Assembly: GCA_036785375.1 (NCBI GenBank)
Contig: JAWMAR010000033.1
Location: 10,912,001 to 10,976,000, forward strand
Length of the DNA: 64,000 bases
Direction: 5' to 3'
Source of the DNA: Leucoraja ocellata
Lineage: Eukaryota
Of this stretch, positions 11,451 to 25,239 are shown one piece after another. A program made the translations under genes and the position numbers. Each line of letters begins with the position of its first letter. The first letter of the stretch is position 1. The notes under the pieces were generated by a model, which was given only the letters and a program-made list of their open reading frames with translations, was not told where the DNA came from and ran no database searches.

Positions 11451-14400
11451 TGTGAAAGTATTGGAACTATCATCTCTGTTGATCATCCAAAACACCACAA
11501 TACACCTGTCAAATCACACTTGGTTGGAGGTAATGGTTTAATGTACATGTATAGTGAGTGAGTGAGTACACCCTTTGTGGTTGGAGTCTCTTCCTCGCAG
11601 CAAGGCGGGTGGGTCTGAGAAATACCGTTTGGTTGACCATGGGTTGGGCCCAAGGTATTAATTGTATCACTAATGTGTACGGAAGGTCATGTTCGTACAC
11701 CAGGCCTTTGTGCTGTCTTGCTGATGCTACTGTATAGTTGTTGACAAGAAGGCACACATTTATGGTGCCTGGCCCAACAATTGGCATGTGGTGGTCTTTC
11801 CAACCAGAATGAGTGAGGGGTTTGTAGGTTCATTGGCTTCTCTAAATTGTCCCTAGTGTGTAGGATAGAACTAGTGTACGAGGCCCTGATCGGTCGATGG
11901 GTCGAAGGGCCCGTTTCCACATTGTATCTCTAGAATAAACTAAACGGTATGCTCTGTGGTAACAATAACAAAGCAAAGGGGGAAGCAGATGTTAAAACGA
12001 TAGGAATAATGGGGGCACAAGGTGGAAATGTTCCTCATGAGATCGGGAAAAGGCACGACAAGAACAATTAAAGGGAACATGAATAAAGGAATTAGAGCAA
12101 ATTATCTGTTTAGTTTCTTCTGCCCAATGGGTGTTCACACTAACACAGTAAAGTCAAATAAATAAATAAAATGTTTACTCAAACAAAATTAGTTTGAAAC
12201 AATACAAAGTGGTGGAGTTACAGGATTCAACATCATGTGCACTGACAGACAGACAATGATAGGTGTAGGGGGGGAGGGGGGGCACCTTACTTCAGTCCCA
12301 CCAACCACACAGGGCACTGCAACAACCTCAAGGCAGGTTAACTGCAGGAATGTGGACAAAGAATTGCAGGAATGTAGTCACAAAGAAATACAGATACGGT
12401 TAATACACACAGCGCTGGAGTAACTCAGGTCAAATGTTGGAATGTGTTTAACTGCAGATGCTGGAAAATCAAAAGTAGATAAAAAATGCTGGAGAAACTC
12501 AGCGGGTGAGGCAGCATCTATGGAGTGAAGGAGATGGGTAACGTTTTGGGTTGAGACCCTTCTTCAGACTTCTTTGTAGGAATGTGTTTGCTCAGTTTAT
12601 CACAAGAGGGACAGGAAAACTGGTAAATCTGGACTGCTTTCATCACACACACTCCAGGCAAGGATTGTACCCTAACGGAGAAGCCTGTCAGACAATGCTT
12701 AATTAACTTAAACGGAGGGGCAGCACTGGTCAGATGTGCAGCTCCAAACAGTTAAAGTTCTGGATTTGCTGGATTCAGGGATGTTAGGCTCAGTTTAGCA
12801 TTTGTCACATTCAAGGTGAAGAGGAAAAGATTTAATAGGAATCTGAGGGGTAGTTTTTCTACACAGAGGGTAGTGGGTGTATGGAACAAACTGCCAGAGG
12901 AGCTAGTTGAGGATCGGACAGGCTTGGAGGGATATGGACCAAGCCCAGGCAGGTGGGACGTGTTGGGCTGAAGGGCCTGTTTCTACGCTGTATCTCTCTA
13001 GACAATGATGCAGGCCCTTCGGCCCAACTTGTCCAAACTAACAAAGATGCCCTGTCTCAGCCAGTCCCGTTTGCCTGTATTTGGTCCGTATTACAGTAAA
13101 CCTTTTCTGTCCATGTACCTGTCCGGAGCTGAAGGTGAGTCACTCAGTCAGGACTATGGCAACTGATGGGACAGTGTGGGAGCATGTGAATGACCTGTCT
13201 GCGAGAGGCAGGTATGCTGTCCCACAGCAGTGACTGCGCTTCAAGGTAATTCATTAGCTGTCAAACACTGACATGTCAGTGGGCAGCATGGTGGTGCAGC
13301 AGTAGAGTCAATAAACCAAACTGGAATTAGATCAACCTTCTTTGTGGATTCATCATTTGGAAGTGGACCTTTCGGCCCATCAACCACCCATTTACACCCT
13401 TCCTACTCATTTCCTTTTTAATGTAGTGTAGCGGTAGAACTGATGTCTCGCAGCACTAGAGATCCGGGTTCAATCCAGACTACGGGTGCGGTCTGTACGG
13501 AGTTTGTACGTTCTCCCCGTGACCACGTAGGCTTTCTCTGGGTACTCCAATTTACCCTCACATTCCAAAGGCGTGCAGGTTTGTAGGTTAATTAGGCTTC
13601 TGTAAATTGTAAATTGTCCCTGTTGTGTGGGATAGTGCTAGTGTACAGGGTGTTTGTCAGTGCAAACCAGCATCAACAGGCAACACAAAATGCTGGAGTA
13701 ACTCCGCAGGTCAGGCAGCATATTTGGAATGGTTAGGTGACGTTTTGGGTTGGGACCCTTCCTCAAGAACATACCAGACAGTTAGAATACCAAACGAGTA
13801 ATTCAAGTCGGGCAGCATCGGTGGAGGCAGAGGGATGGTCGACATTTCAGGTGCAGAGTCCTGATGCAGGGTCTTGACCCAAAACGTCACCTCTGCCATC
13901 ACAGATGCTGCTTGACCCGCTGAGTTCCTCCAGTAGTTTGTTTGTTGCTCCAGATTCCAGCATCTGCAGTCTTGTCTCGGCAACTAGAAAGGCAGGTGCA
14001 TCAAATGACAGGGAAAGCTCCTTAAATCTATGCTGGAGAGAGCTGGTAATCAAACATTGTGATGTAGTGTATTGAATCCTGAGCTGAATTAAATACCGTA
14101 GCTGTCTGAAGCATAGAGCCCCATCTCCTGGTGGGAAGTCGGTAATGTCATTAACTTGTGGAAGAAGGAACTGCAGATGCTGGTTTAAACCGAAGATAGG
14201 CACAAAAAGCTGGAGTAATTCAGTGGGACAGGCAGCATCTCTGGAGAGAAGGAATAGGTCTCGACCCGAAATGTCACCCAATCCTTCTCCCAGAGATGCT
14301 GCCTGGTCCTGCTGTGTTACTCCAGCTTTGTGTGTCTATGCCAGTAACATGGTCAATATAACAGGCACTGATACAAGGTGTGTATAGGGTAGCGTTAATG

Positions 14401-15292
14401 TGCGGGGGTCGATGGTCAGTGCGGATGCGGTGGACTGAAGGACTGTATCTTGCTGTATCTGTAAACTAAATCAATCCTCCCCTCTGCACCAAGTTTGGCA
14501 TTTTATCCTAATCTGTTCTCCAGCTCAGACTGTTCTCCTAATCCTTGCCCGTTCTAATAGCAACTTGCCTGCTATTAACCCTGTGTCCCGCCACCCTGAA
14601 GCAACCAATACAAGACTATTAACGGGCAATGCAGCAGGGAGAGGTCAGGTGCAGCGATATAGCCAGAAGGCACGTGGGTGCTTTAAAACACCTATCTACC
14701 TGCCTACAGACAACCGCACCAACTCCTCGTCTTCAGCCGAGAAGTCGTTACAAAATAACAGGCTTTATTTCAAAATTCTTCACCCAATATGTGAACTGAA
14801 GGGTTGAGTGAAGTACAACAGCAACCTCGGCCTCGTGTTAATCAACCAATCCGTTTAAAAAAAGAGCAGAGCGAGTATTTCCAGCACACGGTTACGGACA
14901 TGCAAACACACCGACACGACAGGAGAACGCCCCTCACCCCATCCCCTCTCTCCTCATCCCATCCCATCCATCCGGCATCAAATACAATCATCACCTCAAC
15001 TGATGCAGTCAGTTTGGTCGGCGACTTAACCCAGGCAGGCTCTGCCCCAGTCCTGACCTAGCTCTAACCTTCCAGTTCACAAGCGGTGGCTGTTAGTACA
15101 CGTCAGCAGGCAACACAACTCCTTGCACCGTAGGCCGGGGAGTCTCTCCGCCCATCTTGCACCAGTGCTGCTCTCTGCTCTGACAAGCAGTCCGATTCCT
15201 GGAAGGCTGGTGGGCCCCCAGTGGGTGATGAACCAAGGGTGCCTGGGGTGGTGGCACCTGGTGGCTGTGCCCGGCCTGGGCTGGACTGGGGA

Positions 15293-18200
15293 CTATGCGT
15301 AGTCCATCTGCTGCGAGTTGCAGCTACTGTCCTTGCGCTCAGAGTGCTGCAACATGCTCTCCGAGTTCCTCACGCTGATGTAGTCCTTAATCTTGATCTC
15401 CATGTTCTTGGCTCGGACCGCTGCCGCATGAAGTTTATCCAGGAAGTCGGGCATCCCTGCAAGAGAACCATCAGACATGGGTGTTGGGCGGGAGAGACAA
15501 GGGAGGTTAATGGTCGCACGCACTGGGAATATTTCTCGGAAGATAGATACAAAACGCTGGAGTAACTCAGCGGGACAGGCAGCATCTCTGGAGAGAAGGA
15601 ATTGGTGACGTTTCGGGTCGAGACCCTTCTTCAGGCTTAACAGAAGGGTCTCAACCCAAAAAGTCACCCATTCGTTCTCTCCAGAGATACTGCCTGTCCC
15701 GCTGAATTACCCCAGCATTTTGTATCCATCTTTAGTTTAACATGCCTGTTAACACTCCCTCCTCTCCCCTCTCCCATCAGGCAAGAGGTAACGATGTGTG
15801 AAAATCCACACCTCCAGATTCAGGGGCAGTTTCATCATGCCACCAACCAGTTTTGTTTAGCCCAGAATCTACAGTCTCGTGTCCAGAGTTAAACGGCTGC
15901 CTTTACTTCTTTAAAGTATCTTACAAAGCTTTCTGCTTACACCATCGTGCTCTGCATTGCCAAATAATTGTTGAAGATGTTACAGAGATTCATGTTGACT
16001 CACTATGTCAGTGATGCTCCACTGGTCAGCAGTGGTTAAGACATTATTGAGCTTGAAGTTCACACAGTGAGGCTAGGTGCAGCATGTTGCACCATGAAAG
16101 CCCTGCTGTTGCAGCCATGGGCTGCAGCACAGACTGCAACAGCAGGGCTTTCATTTCTCTCCCCCACCCCACAGCACACCCCTAGCTAGAGGAAACAAGC
16201 TCAACTAGACTTGCCACTGCTGGCTACTGAGAGCCTGCTGTGCGTGCGTGTGCACTGATGGAGAGAGATGGCTCACCCCTGCTTCACCTGACTGTGACAA
16301 ACGACCAGAGAGTTTCTCACTACATTGGCCAGTGTGGAGTCAGAGACCAGGCAAGGGGTCAGCCTTGTACAACACCGTGTGGTCCCCGGACCCCTAAGCC
16401 CAAGGTGAGGAGCCTGACGTGGGAGCTCACCATAATGTGCTGCAATGGCAACTTGAATTTCACTGCACCAAGTTGGTGTATGTGAGAATAAATCAACCTT
16501 TGAGTACACACCGCTGTAATGTTGCTGTCTGCTGCTGCTACTCAGAGGACCTCCCACCAGGTGGGAACGTGCCCAGGCAAGGTGCCTGCTTGCTCACGGT
16601 GCTGTGCACGGGGCTCCTGATCCCCAGGACATGGAACCTGATGCTGGAGTGCGTGGTAAGGTTGGCAGCCGTGGTGTCGACACCTCCACCCCAGCCCCAC
16701 CCCACCCCATCCCCTGGGTCCAAACACCTCACCCCATCCCAGCCCCTGGGGTGCCAACACCCCACCCCCTGGGTCCCAACACCCCACCCCACCCCACGGG
16801 CCCCAACACCCCACCCCAGCCCCTGGGCCCCAACACCCCACCCCATCCCCTGGGTCCCAACACCCCACCCCACCCCATCCCCTGGGCCCCAACACCCCAC
16901 CCCACCCCATCCCCTGGGTCCCAACACCCCACCCCACCCCTGGGTCCCAACACCCCACCCCACCCCCTGGGTCCCAACACCCCACCCCATCCCCTGGGTC
17001 CCAACACCCCACCCCACCCCAGCCCCTGGGTCCCAACACCCCACCCCAGCCCCTGGGCCCCAACACCCCACCCCACCCCACCCCCTGGGTCCCAACACCC
17101 CACCCCAGCCCCTGGGTCCTGCCACCCCCACCCCACCCCCACGGATCACAGTCAGTCACTTACCACTGGACATCATCCAGCTGACACAATAACGTGGGAA
17201 GACGGTCTGTGGATCATCGCTGTAGGTGAGCAGGTAATCAAAGCCGTTCTGTGGGACGGACGGATGGACGGACAGTGAAGAGCAAAGGGGTGAAGCCGTT
17301 ACAGAAACAAGTACACATACTGGCGAACAGGACAACACAAAGCAACGGGTCCAGTCTCGATGCAGACTGGTGCCCCTCACATCAGCCCAACACTCTCCTC
17401 ACTTGTTAAACAAACTACACCAGCCCTTGCGCGGTGAGGAAACGCCAGCATTTTAATACATTTCATAAATTGGTGCTGCCTCGCCCGCTGAGTTTCCCCA
17501 GCATTTTGTGTATACCTTCTTGCATTGCTTGTGGAGTACAAGATAAGGTGAGAGCCAGACGCCCCATCGCACGCTGGTTTCAGCAGACAATCCTACATTA
17601 CTTTCACTACAAGCTTCTACATCCAGATTCCAACAGCAGCAGCATTTAGTTTGCACTATTTTGTACCCATTATCTCCTCTGTACACACTGTGGGCGGCTT
17701 GAGTGTAATCAGCTATTGTTTTTATCTTTGACTGGATAGCACGCAACAAAAGCTTTACACTGTACCTCGCTACACGTGACAATAATAAACTAGACTCCCC
17801 CCCCCCCCCCCCCACTCTTGCACACTGGTCTGGCTCGACTTGTGGAACCCCAACATCACTGTTCTATGTGCAATACCCAACCTTACCTCATCAAATGACC
17901 GGTGTGGCTTGATGACCATCCGGGACTCGTACGACGTGACCCGCACACAGTTGGGGTGTTCGGGCACATGCGGATGCTCCACAGCCCTGCCCAAAACAGA
18001 TGAGATATTACGCTCCCTCACTGTTATACCTTGCCCCAAGCTGCCCACAACTCCACATCATCCATTTCAAGAGCGAATTAGATTTAGCTCTTAGGGCTAA
18101 CGGAATCAGGGGATATGGGGGAAAAGCAGGAACGGGGTACTGATTGTGGATGATCAGCCATGATCATATTGAATGGCAATGCAGGCTCGAAGGGCCGAGT

Positions 18201-18753
18201 GGCCTACTCCTGCACCAATTGTCTATGTTTCTGCCCTCTTCCTAATACTGGATACCGAGGATCCAAGACATTATAGATGTTAGATGGAAGAATGGATTGG
18301 AGATAAGTGTGTAACACTGGAGTTTACACCCTGCACTGAGAATCAGCAAAAAAACCCTTCGGCCCATCCAGTCCTTGCCAAGATTCTGTCCCTCGAGTCT
18401 GTAATTAGACTCTATGCAGGGACTGCATGGTGGCGCAGCGGTAGAGTTGCTGCAACCCAAGTTTGATCTAGACTACGGGTGCTGTCTGTACAGTTTGTAT
18501 GGTTTCCCCGTGACCGAGTGGGTGCTCTGGTTTCCTCCCACATTGCAAACACGTGCAGGTTTGTAGGTTCATTAACTTCTGTAAATTGTTCCTTGCGTGT
18601 GGAAAGTGCTAGTGTACTGGTCAGCGTGGACTCGGTGGGCCAAAGTGCCTGATTCCAAACTAAACTAACCTAAGTGAATGTGAGGGAATGTTGAGTCCAG
18701 CGTGTATTGTGCATCAATAAAGAGAGAAGTCCACACATCCTCACCTGGATAAC
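15293..18753 (-). pseudogene. stard7: Partial duplicate of the stard7 3' end (exons 15293-15456, 17164-17248, 17887-17986 and a 9-nt stub at 18745-18753)
   Basis: Same peptides as copy B, with only silent or intronic differences seen; truncated by the gap. Probably the other allele rather than a true pseudogene. Confidence 0.8.
16682..17140 (+). repeat. C-rich minisatellite (CCCCACCCCATCCCCTGGGYCCCAACA, ~27-32 bp) in the stard7 last intron, copy A
   Basis: Tandem C-run units over about 460 bp. Confidence 0.92.
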
Positions 18754-18953
18754 NNNNNNNNNNNNNNNNNNNNNNNNNNNNNNNNNNNNNNNNNNNNNNN
18801 NNNNNNNNNNNNNNNNNNNNNNNNNNNNNNNNNNNNNNNNNNNNNNNNNNNNNNNNNNNNNNNNNNNNNNNNNNNNNNNNNNNNNNNNNNNNNNNNNNNN
18901 NNNNNNNNNNNNNNNNNNNNNNNNNNNNNNNNNNNNNNNNNNNNNNNNNNNNN
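18754..18953. other. Assembly gap (200 N)
   Basis: Exactly 200 N, a fixed placeholder length typical of scaffolding joins. Confidence 0.99.
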
Positions 18954-19851
18954 CTATGTGGGTGGAGGAGAACGGGCGACCCCCCCCCCCCCCCTCCCCA
19001 AATGCGGCACTTTTGCCAGTGTAGCTCGCTGCCCCTTCACAAAATGTCCGACCTCTGCCCATTGATCGTTGCACTCGTCTTCAATCCTGGAGCATATTTG
19101 TACATTTAACATCATGCACACAACTGCATCTGTGTTGTGAGCGGACGGTGCTGCAGACATTTCCTCATGTTGCAACTCTGCGTCCGCTCTGTGTCTCTCT
19201 CCGCCTCCCGCAGTGAGACGTGCAGTTCCTCACGTTGCTCTTCTGTCCACCTCACTCCTCATGTCATGGACAATTTACAGCACCGCATTCTCTGCCGTTT
19301 TGACGCATTGCCTGAAACCGGGTCGCTAGAAGTGTGCTCGGGCACTAGCATTTTTCATTTCTAGTCTTGCCTCTGTCCCCACTAACATGTTCCCTTGCGA
19401 TGCTTAAACACAGGTCGTGGAAGTGTCTCAACATTTTCACAGCAGCGTCTGTTAAAGATGCAATGAGGCTACATTTAAACACCTCACCCACTAAAATGAC
19501 CATCAATATAGTCTAAAAGTTAATGCAAACAGTGATGGCTGTTTGGTTGGTTGCTTCTGTCTGGTGCCTATATTAATCTCTGAAGCTCACAAAAAAATTA
19601 TGGTTCTTGCAATGCCTTTTGTGGTCAATTGCTGTATGACCTACATTATATTGTGACTGCACTTCAGAAGGTATTTAAAACATTAAAAGTATAAAACTGA
19701 CAAACTGTCCTAGAGTGCAAACTCAAAACATTTATCCTCTGGACATCTGAATTTTCCTGAGGGGATCAATAAAGTGTTTATTATTATTATCTGTTGTGAT
19801 ATGCCAATTATCTGGAGCATATTGAACTGAGCTGCAAATGTTTAATCCCAG

Positions 19852-19998
19852 GCTCGGCGCTATGAAGGACTAAAGTCTTGTGAGCTGCCGACCTGCGAGA
19901 GTCTTAAGGATACAATTGCACGAGCCCTGCCTTTCTGGAATGACGTGATTGCACCGCAGATCAAGGCAGGGAAGCGCGTCCTGATCGCGGCCCATGGG
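19852..19998 (+). pseudogene. pgam2: Duplicate pgam2 exon 2 with a 34-bp deletion
   Basis: Matches 6412-6558, then reads CATGGG|GTAAGG. It lacks AACAGTCTGCGTGGTATCGTCAAGCACCTAGAGG ([11 protein letters not shown]+G), giving a 147-nt exon with changed phase. No exon 1 is present in this copy. Confidence 0.85.
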
Positions 19999-22237
19999 GT
20001 AAGGGATAACCTGCGTGTGTGTGCTTGCAAAATAACCTGTGTGTGCTTGCAAAGAGCTGTGCAGAGCTGGTTTCAATGATAGAGATTCCTGAACTCATTT
20101 GTACTTTTAGTAGCAATCTCGCCTTTGAGTTGGATGGTCCCACGTGTGAGATGAGTCCAGTGGACCAGGCTGTTGCTTTGATGCATCCAGTGAGGGAGGA
20201 CAATGCTATCTGAAGGCTGCCCAATAAATCAGTGGTTCTTTGGTGTGTATTTCCACAGAGCAGTTCTTTGTTCTGACCTTTCTTTATGCAGCAGCTTGAG
20301 CAGTAGCGCGTTAAGAGTCGAGTTGCAAGCATCAATTGTCTGAATGGTCATAAAGTTTTGGAGGCAAGATGATGCTTTACTTTGTCAGCCCCCTAAGGTG
20401 CAGCAGCTCTGCTGCAAGTGATCATTTTTTGTAGTCTTGATAATTTTGCACAGATCACCAATCATATCCAGACAGACACAAAATGCTGAAGTAACTCAGC
20501 GGGACAGGCATCATCTCTGAATAGATGAGGGGAGACTCAGTCTGAAGAAGGATCTCGACCCGAAACATCACCCATTTTTTTCTATCCAAAGATCTGCCTC
20601 CTGACACTGCTTTAGAACTTCCAGCTCACCCATGCTATTGCCAGTCATGAAATACTATGGGCCATTTACATAAGAGTCATTTACAGCAGGGTGAGGTCCC
20701 CATCGTATCAAGTATTCAGATATTATGTAGCCTTCTCTGCAGGGCAGCTTGGGAAGGTATTGCTTACCATTGACCTTTGAGGGCAGTGAGCTGAGCTCGG
20801 AGAGCGTTCATTCCCATCCAGGGTCAGTCAGTTTTGGAGCTGCCGACAAAACCGCCAGGCAGAAGTCTTGCAGTCGCCTATCTGCTCCAGTGGTTTAATG
20901 TTCAGAGTTCAATGTGCTTGTTTGCAGTCAGCAGGAGTCTCATCAAACGGATTTTTAGTACATGACATGGTCAATGTGAAGTCACTATTTCTCTGCTCTT
21001 TGCATAATCTGTCATTGCAAATCCTGTTTCTTTTAATCAACGCTTATTTAAACTGGCCCAGTCCAAGAATAAAAGATTTATTAACCTGAGTTTAGTTTAG
21101 TAAATCATTTAACCAGACTTGACTTTTAAACCCTATGTGTCTAACTAATTTCAACCGTTTCCTAATGATTAGATTATTTGATGTGCAAGTTCTTCTCCTA
21201 ACTAATGATACATTGCCCATTACAAGTTTTACTGAGGGGAAAAGCCTCCACTGGGCTGAAACAAAATAAGAATTGCAGATGGTGGTTTACGAAAATTGAC
21301 CCAAAATGCTGGAGTAATTCAGCCGGACAGGCTGCATCTCTGGAGGGAAGCAATGGAGACGTTTGGGTCGAGACCCCTCCAGACTTAGTCAGTTGAAGAG
21401 CCGTGGCAAACATTAGGATGCTTGACCTTGTCTGCTTTTCTGACTTTTGTTGCCCACACCATATCATGAATCAGTGAATGCTGCTGAGAATCCTAGATGT
21501 GTGTGAGGGCAGGATGCTTTCTGTGGCTGAAGTGCCTGCAAAAACTCCACATCCTGCACCCACTTGTAAAGAATGTGTGTGAGGCTCAGCACTGATGGAA
21601 CACCCTGTGTGTGGAGCGGGAGAGCACACCCCTTGGGAAGGACAAGGATGCTTGGAATGTTTGATAAAATATCTTCCACTACAAGCCTTTAGCCGTTTGC
21701 TCCACATTGGAAATCCTAATGACTGGCACAGTGGTGTTGTTGCTGCCTTGTAGTGTCAGATACTCTGCTTCTGTCCGTGTGGAGTTTGCACATTCTCCTC
21801 ATGACCGTGTGGGGTTTTCTCCAGTTTCTTCCCACACTCCAAAGACGCACAGGTTTGTAGGTTAATGGCTTGGTTTAATTGTAAATTGTCCCTAGTGTGT
21901 GTAGGATAGTGTCAGTATGCAGGATCGCTGGACGGTGTGGACATGGTGGGCCAAATACCGTAGCGTTGGGAGGGCAGAGGTTTGCACTGGTACTCCAGCG
22001 TTGTCAGTTATGCATCTCCACAATGTCCCCTTCGCACCAATTGCATGGTTGGGAAAACATCTGAACATGAAGCAAGGTACCAGTGGATATGGCGGATTCA
22101 TATCAGCCAGGCCTCTGCTGTAACTCCCTTGCTCCTTATAATAGTACAGTGGGATATTTAGTGCCTGCCTAACAAAGTACAATTGGTCTGAGTTTGTTGT
22201 CTCGTCCGAAAGATGGTCACACTCCTGCATTATATGC

Positions 22238-23202
22238 TGTACAATGCAAGTTACACTGGCCTGGGCTGACACATGGCAGGAGGCCAGGTACAGTGTACCT
22301 GTATGATGCAAGTTACACTGGTCTGACCCAGGGCAGGAGGGCCAGGTACAGTGTACCTGTATGATGCAAGTTACACTGGTCTGACCCAGGGCAGGAGGGC
22401 CAGGTACAGTGTACCTGTATGATGCAAGTTACACTGGTCTGACCCAGGGCAAGAGGGCCAGGTACAGTGTACCTGTATGATGCAAGTTACTCTGGCCTGG
22501 GCTGACCCGGGGCAGGAGGGCTAGGTACAGTGTACCTGTATGATGCAAGTTACTCTGGTCTGACCCAGGGCAGGAGGGCCAGGTACAGTATACCTGTATG
22601 ATGCAAGTTACACTGGTCTGACCCAGGGCAGGAGGGCCAGGTACAGTGTACCTGTACAATGCAAGTTACACTGGTCTGGGCTGACCCAGGGGCAAGAGGG
22701 CCAGGTACAGTATACCTGTACGATGCAAGTTACACTGGTCTGACCCAGGGCAGGAGGGCCAGGTACAGTGTACCTGTATGATGCAAGTTACACTGGCCTG
22801 GGCTGACCCAGGGCAGGAGGGCCAGGTACAGTGTACCTGTACGATGCAAGTTACACTGGTCTGGGCTGACCCAGGGCAGGAGGGCCAGGTACAGTGTACC
22901 TGTATGATGCAAGTTACACTGGTCTGACCCAGGGCAGGAGGGCTAGGTACAGTATACCTGTACGATGCAAGTTACACTGGTCTGGGCTGACCCAGGGCAG
23001 GAGGGCCAGGGTACAGTGTACCTGTATGATGCAAGTTACACTGGTCTGACCCAGGGCAGGAGGGCTAGGTACAGTGTACCTGTACGATGCAAGTTACACT
23101 GGGCTGACCCAGGGCAGGAGGGCTAGGTACAGTATACCTGTACGATGCAAGTTACACTGGTCTGGGCTGACCCGGGGCAAGAGGGCCAGGTACAGTGTAC
23201 CT
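22238..23202 (+). repeat. Same 58/63-bp minisatellite in copy B (16 units)
   Basis: 16 TGCAAGTTA anchors counted. Confidence 0.92.
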
Positions 23203-25067
23203 GCTCGGCCCAGCTGTTCTGTGGTTCTATCCCTGCATTCAGTCCTGAAGACTACGGCAAAAGCGGGAGGACAGATGTGACAACGGCCCAGCCTCCATCT
23301 TGGTCCTCCACTTGCACCTGCTGTGCCCAAGTACACCATCTGATGAAGGGCTCTCACCCGAAACACCACCTATCCATGTTCGGGCTGACCCCGTGGAGTT
23401 ACTCCAGCAATGTTTTTTTTTTTATCAACCAGCAACTGCAGTTCGTTGTGTGTAATGTCAAAGTTTGTTCAGTTCGTATATCTTGTTTCGTATGGAAACG
23501 CTGTTGGGCATGGCTCATTTTTGTGAGGTGAAGTTTGATGGGCAGGGTGCTATATATGTCACTGTAGCCTTTTCCCTCCTTCGCTCCTGACCATGCATCA
23601 GTGGATGCTAAAAATACCCAGCAGAAGCTGACAGACCCAGACCAGACTGTAACTGGAGAGCAGAGCCCTGCTTCATAAAGGTCAGGGCCTGTGGCAGAGA
23701 ACTTTGCTGGAACTCTCTCAGCACTGGTGGGGGTTGAATTAATTGAGATTATACAGATTGATGCTTAAGACATGAGATACAGCACCAGCTATTACCAGCG
23801 ATCACCCTGTACACCAGCACTATCCTACACACTAGGGACAAATTACCATTTTACTGAAGCCAATTAACCTACAAACCTGCAAGTCTTTGGGTTGTGGAAG
23901 GAAACCAGTGCACATGGAAAAAAACCCACACGGTCACAGGGAGAATGTGCAAACTCCGTACAAACCATAACTGTATTCAGGATTGAACCCAGGTCTCTGG
24001 TGCTGCAAGGTAGCAACTCTAGCACTGTGCCACTGTACTGCCCTAAACTGAAAATGTAGAGAAGGCTGGAAAAGCGGCTTTTGCAGCTTCCCAAATAATT
24101 GATTTCCTGGAAGAAGATAGCAAAGTGCGTTACCCATATCGTCTGGTATAAATCACTTAATTGACAAAATAATGCACATACCAACTTTGCTGCCAATACC
24201 CTCCACCTCCTTGTGCATTAGAACCGTTCTGGTATTAAATTTGCTTTATTTAACCCTGATCTCTACTGTTAACATACTTTAAACTAGTTTTCAGTAACAT
24301 TTTAGTATTAGCCTGCACCCCACGGGCCAAAATGAGACGGGATTTTCCAATTCTGATCATGAAGCAGCCCAGACAATGGGAACGTTTCAACTAGGTTTCT
24401 GTTGGGGCCATAACTGGTTTAATAGTCATCAGCTTGAATCAGCTCGGTGATGAACAGCAGCTGTTTTCAATGCCTTCTGGGAAGAAAGGATGTCATGAAG
24501 TTGTCTGGAATAAGCTTGGATGGGTTGGTGCTGTCCCACACTGTTCCAGCTCGATTCCAATCCGCTACCTTTTGTCTTCCCGTCTTCCACATATTTCAGG
24601 CCTTGGCACCATTGTTTGTTTACTTTACTTTCATTCGCTTCAACCTGAGTCTGTCCCTCCAGATCACTGGCGCTCCACTGACCCCCCCCCCCCCCCCCCC
24701 CCCCCCTCACCAAGCTGTCTATCCCACTTCACCTGTCCTGCCTACATGGCCGTCCCTCCACCTTTCTTCCTGCACATCCTTTCTGCTGCTGCTTGTTTCT
24801 TCACTCCTGATAAACCTGTTCTTACTTTCTCTCATAGCCAATGTGTGCTGGCATCCATTTTCCCTGTGTGTTCCTGCATATGATATCCTTGCTTATTGAA
24901 GAGTGCTTTATATAATGTACGCGTTGTGTAGTAGAGATGATACAGCAGTGACACATTGCTTACCTCTGTCTGGGGGCAAAGGGGATGTGGCTGCAGAGGA
25001 GGATTTTGATTGAAGTGTTGTCACAGAACATTGCATCCTCTAAGTTTGTCACCGTTGGTCTTTCCAG

Positions 25068-25239
25068 GGTTGTCGGACGCTGCGATCATGGAGCTGAACT
25101 TGCCGACCGGCATACCCATCGTGTACGAGCTGGATGCCAATCTGAAGCCCACCAAGCCCATGCAGTTCCTGGGAGACGAGGCGACGGTGAAGGCAGCCAT
25201 GGGAGGCCGTGGGCAGCTCAGGGCAAGGTGAAGAAGTGA
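25068..25239 (+). pseudogene. pgam2: Duplicate pgam2 exon 3 with two +1 G insertions
   Basis: 172 nt versus 170. ATGGGAG and GTGGGCA replace ATGGAG and GTGGCA. Confidence 0.85.

Larger units (their letters stand above)
5520..18753 (+). repeat. Copy A of a tandem duplicated segment (pgam2 intron 1 to within a stard7 exon)
   Basis: Colinear and near-identical to 18954-33402. Ends at the gap 9 nt into the 83-nt stard7 exon. Confidence 0.95.
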
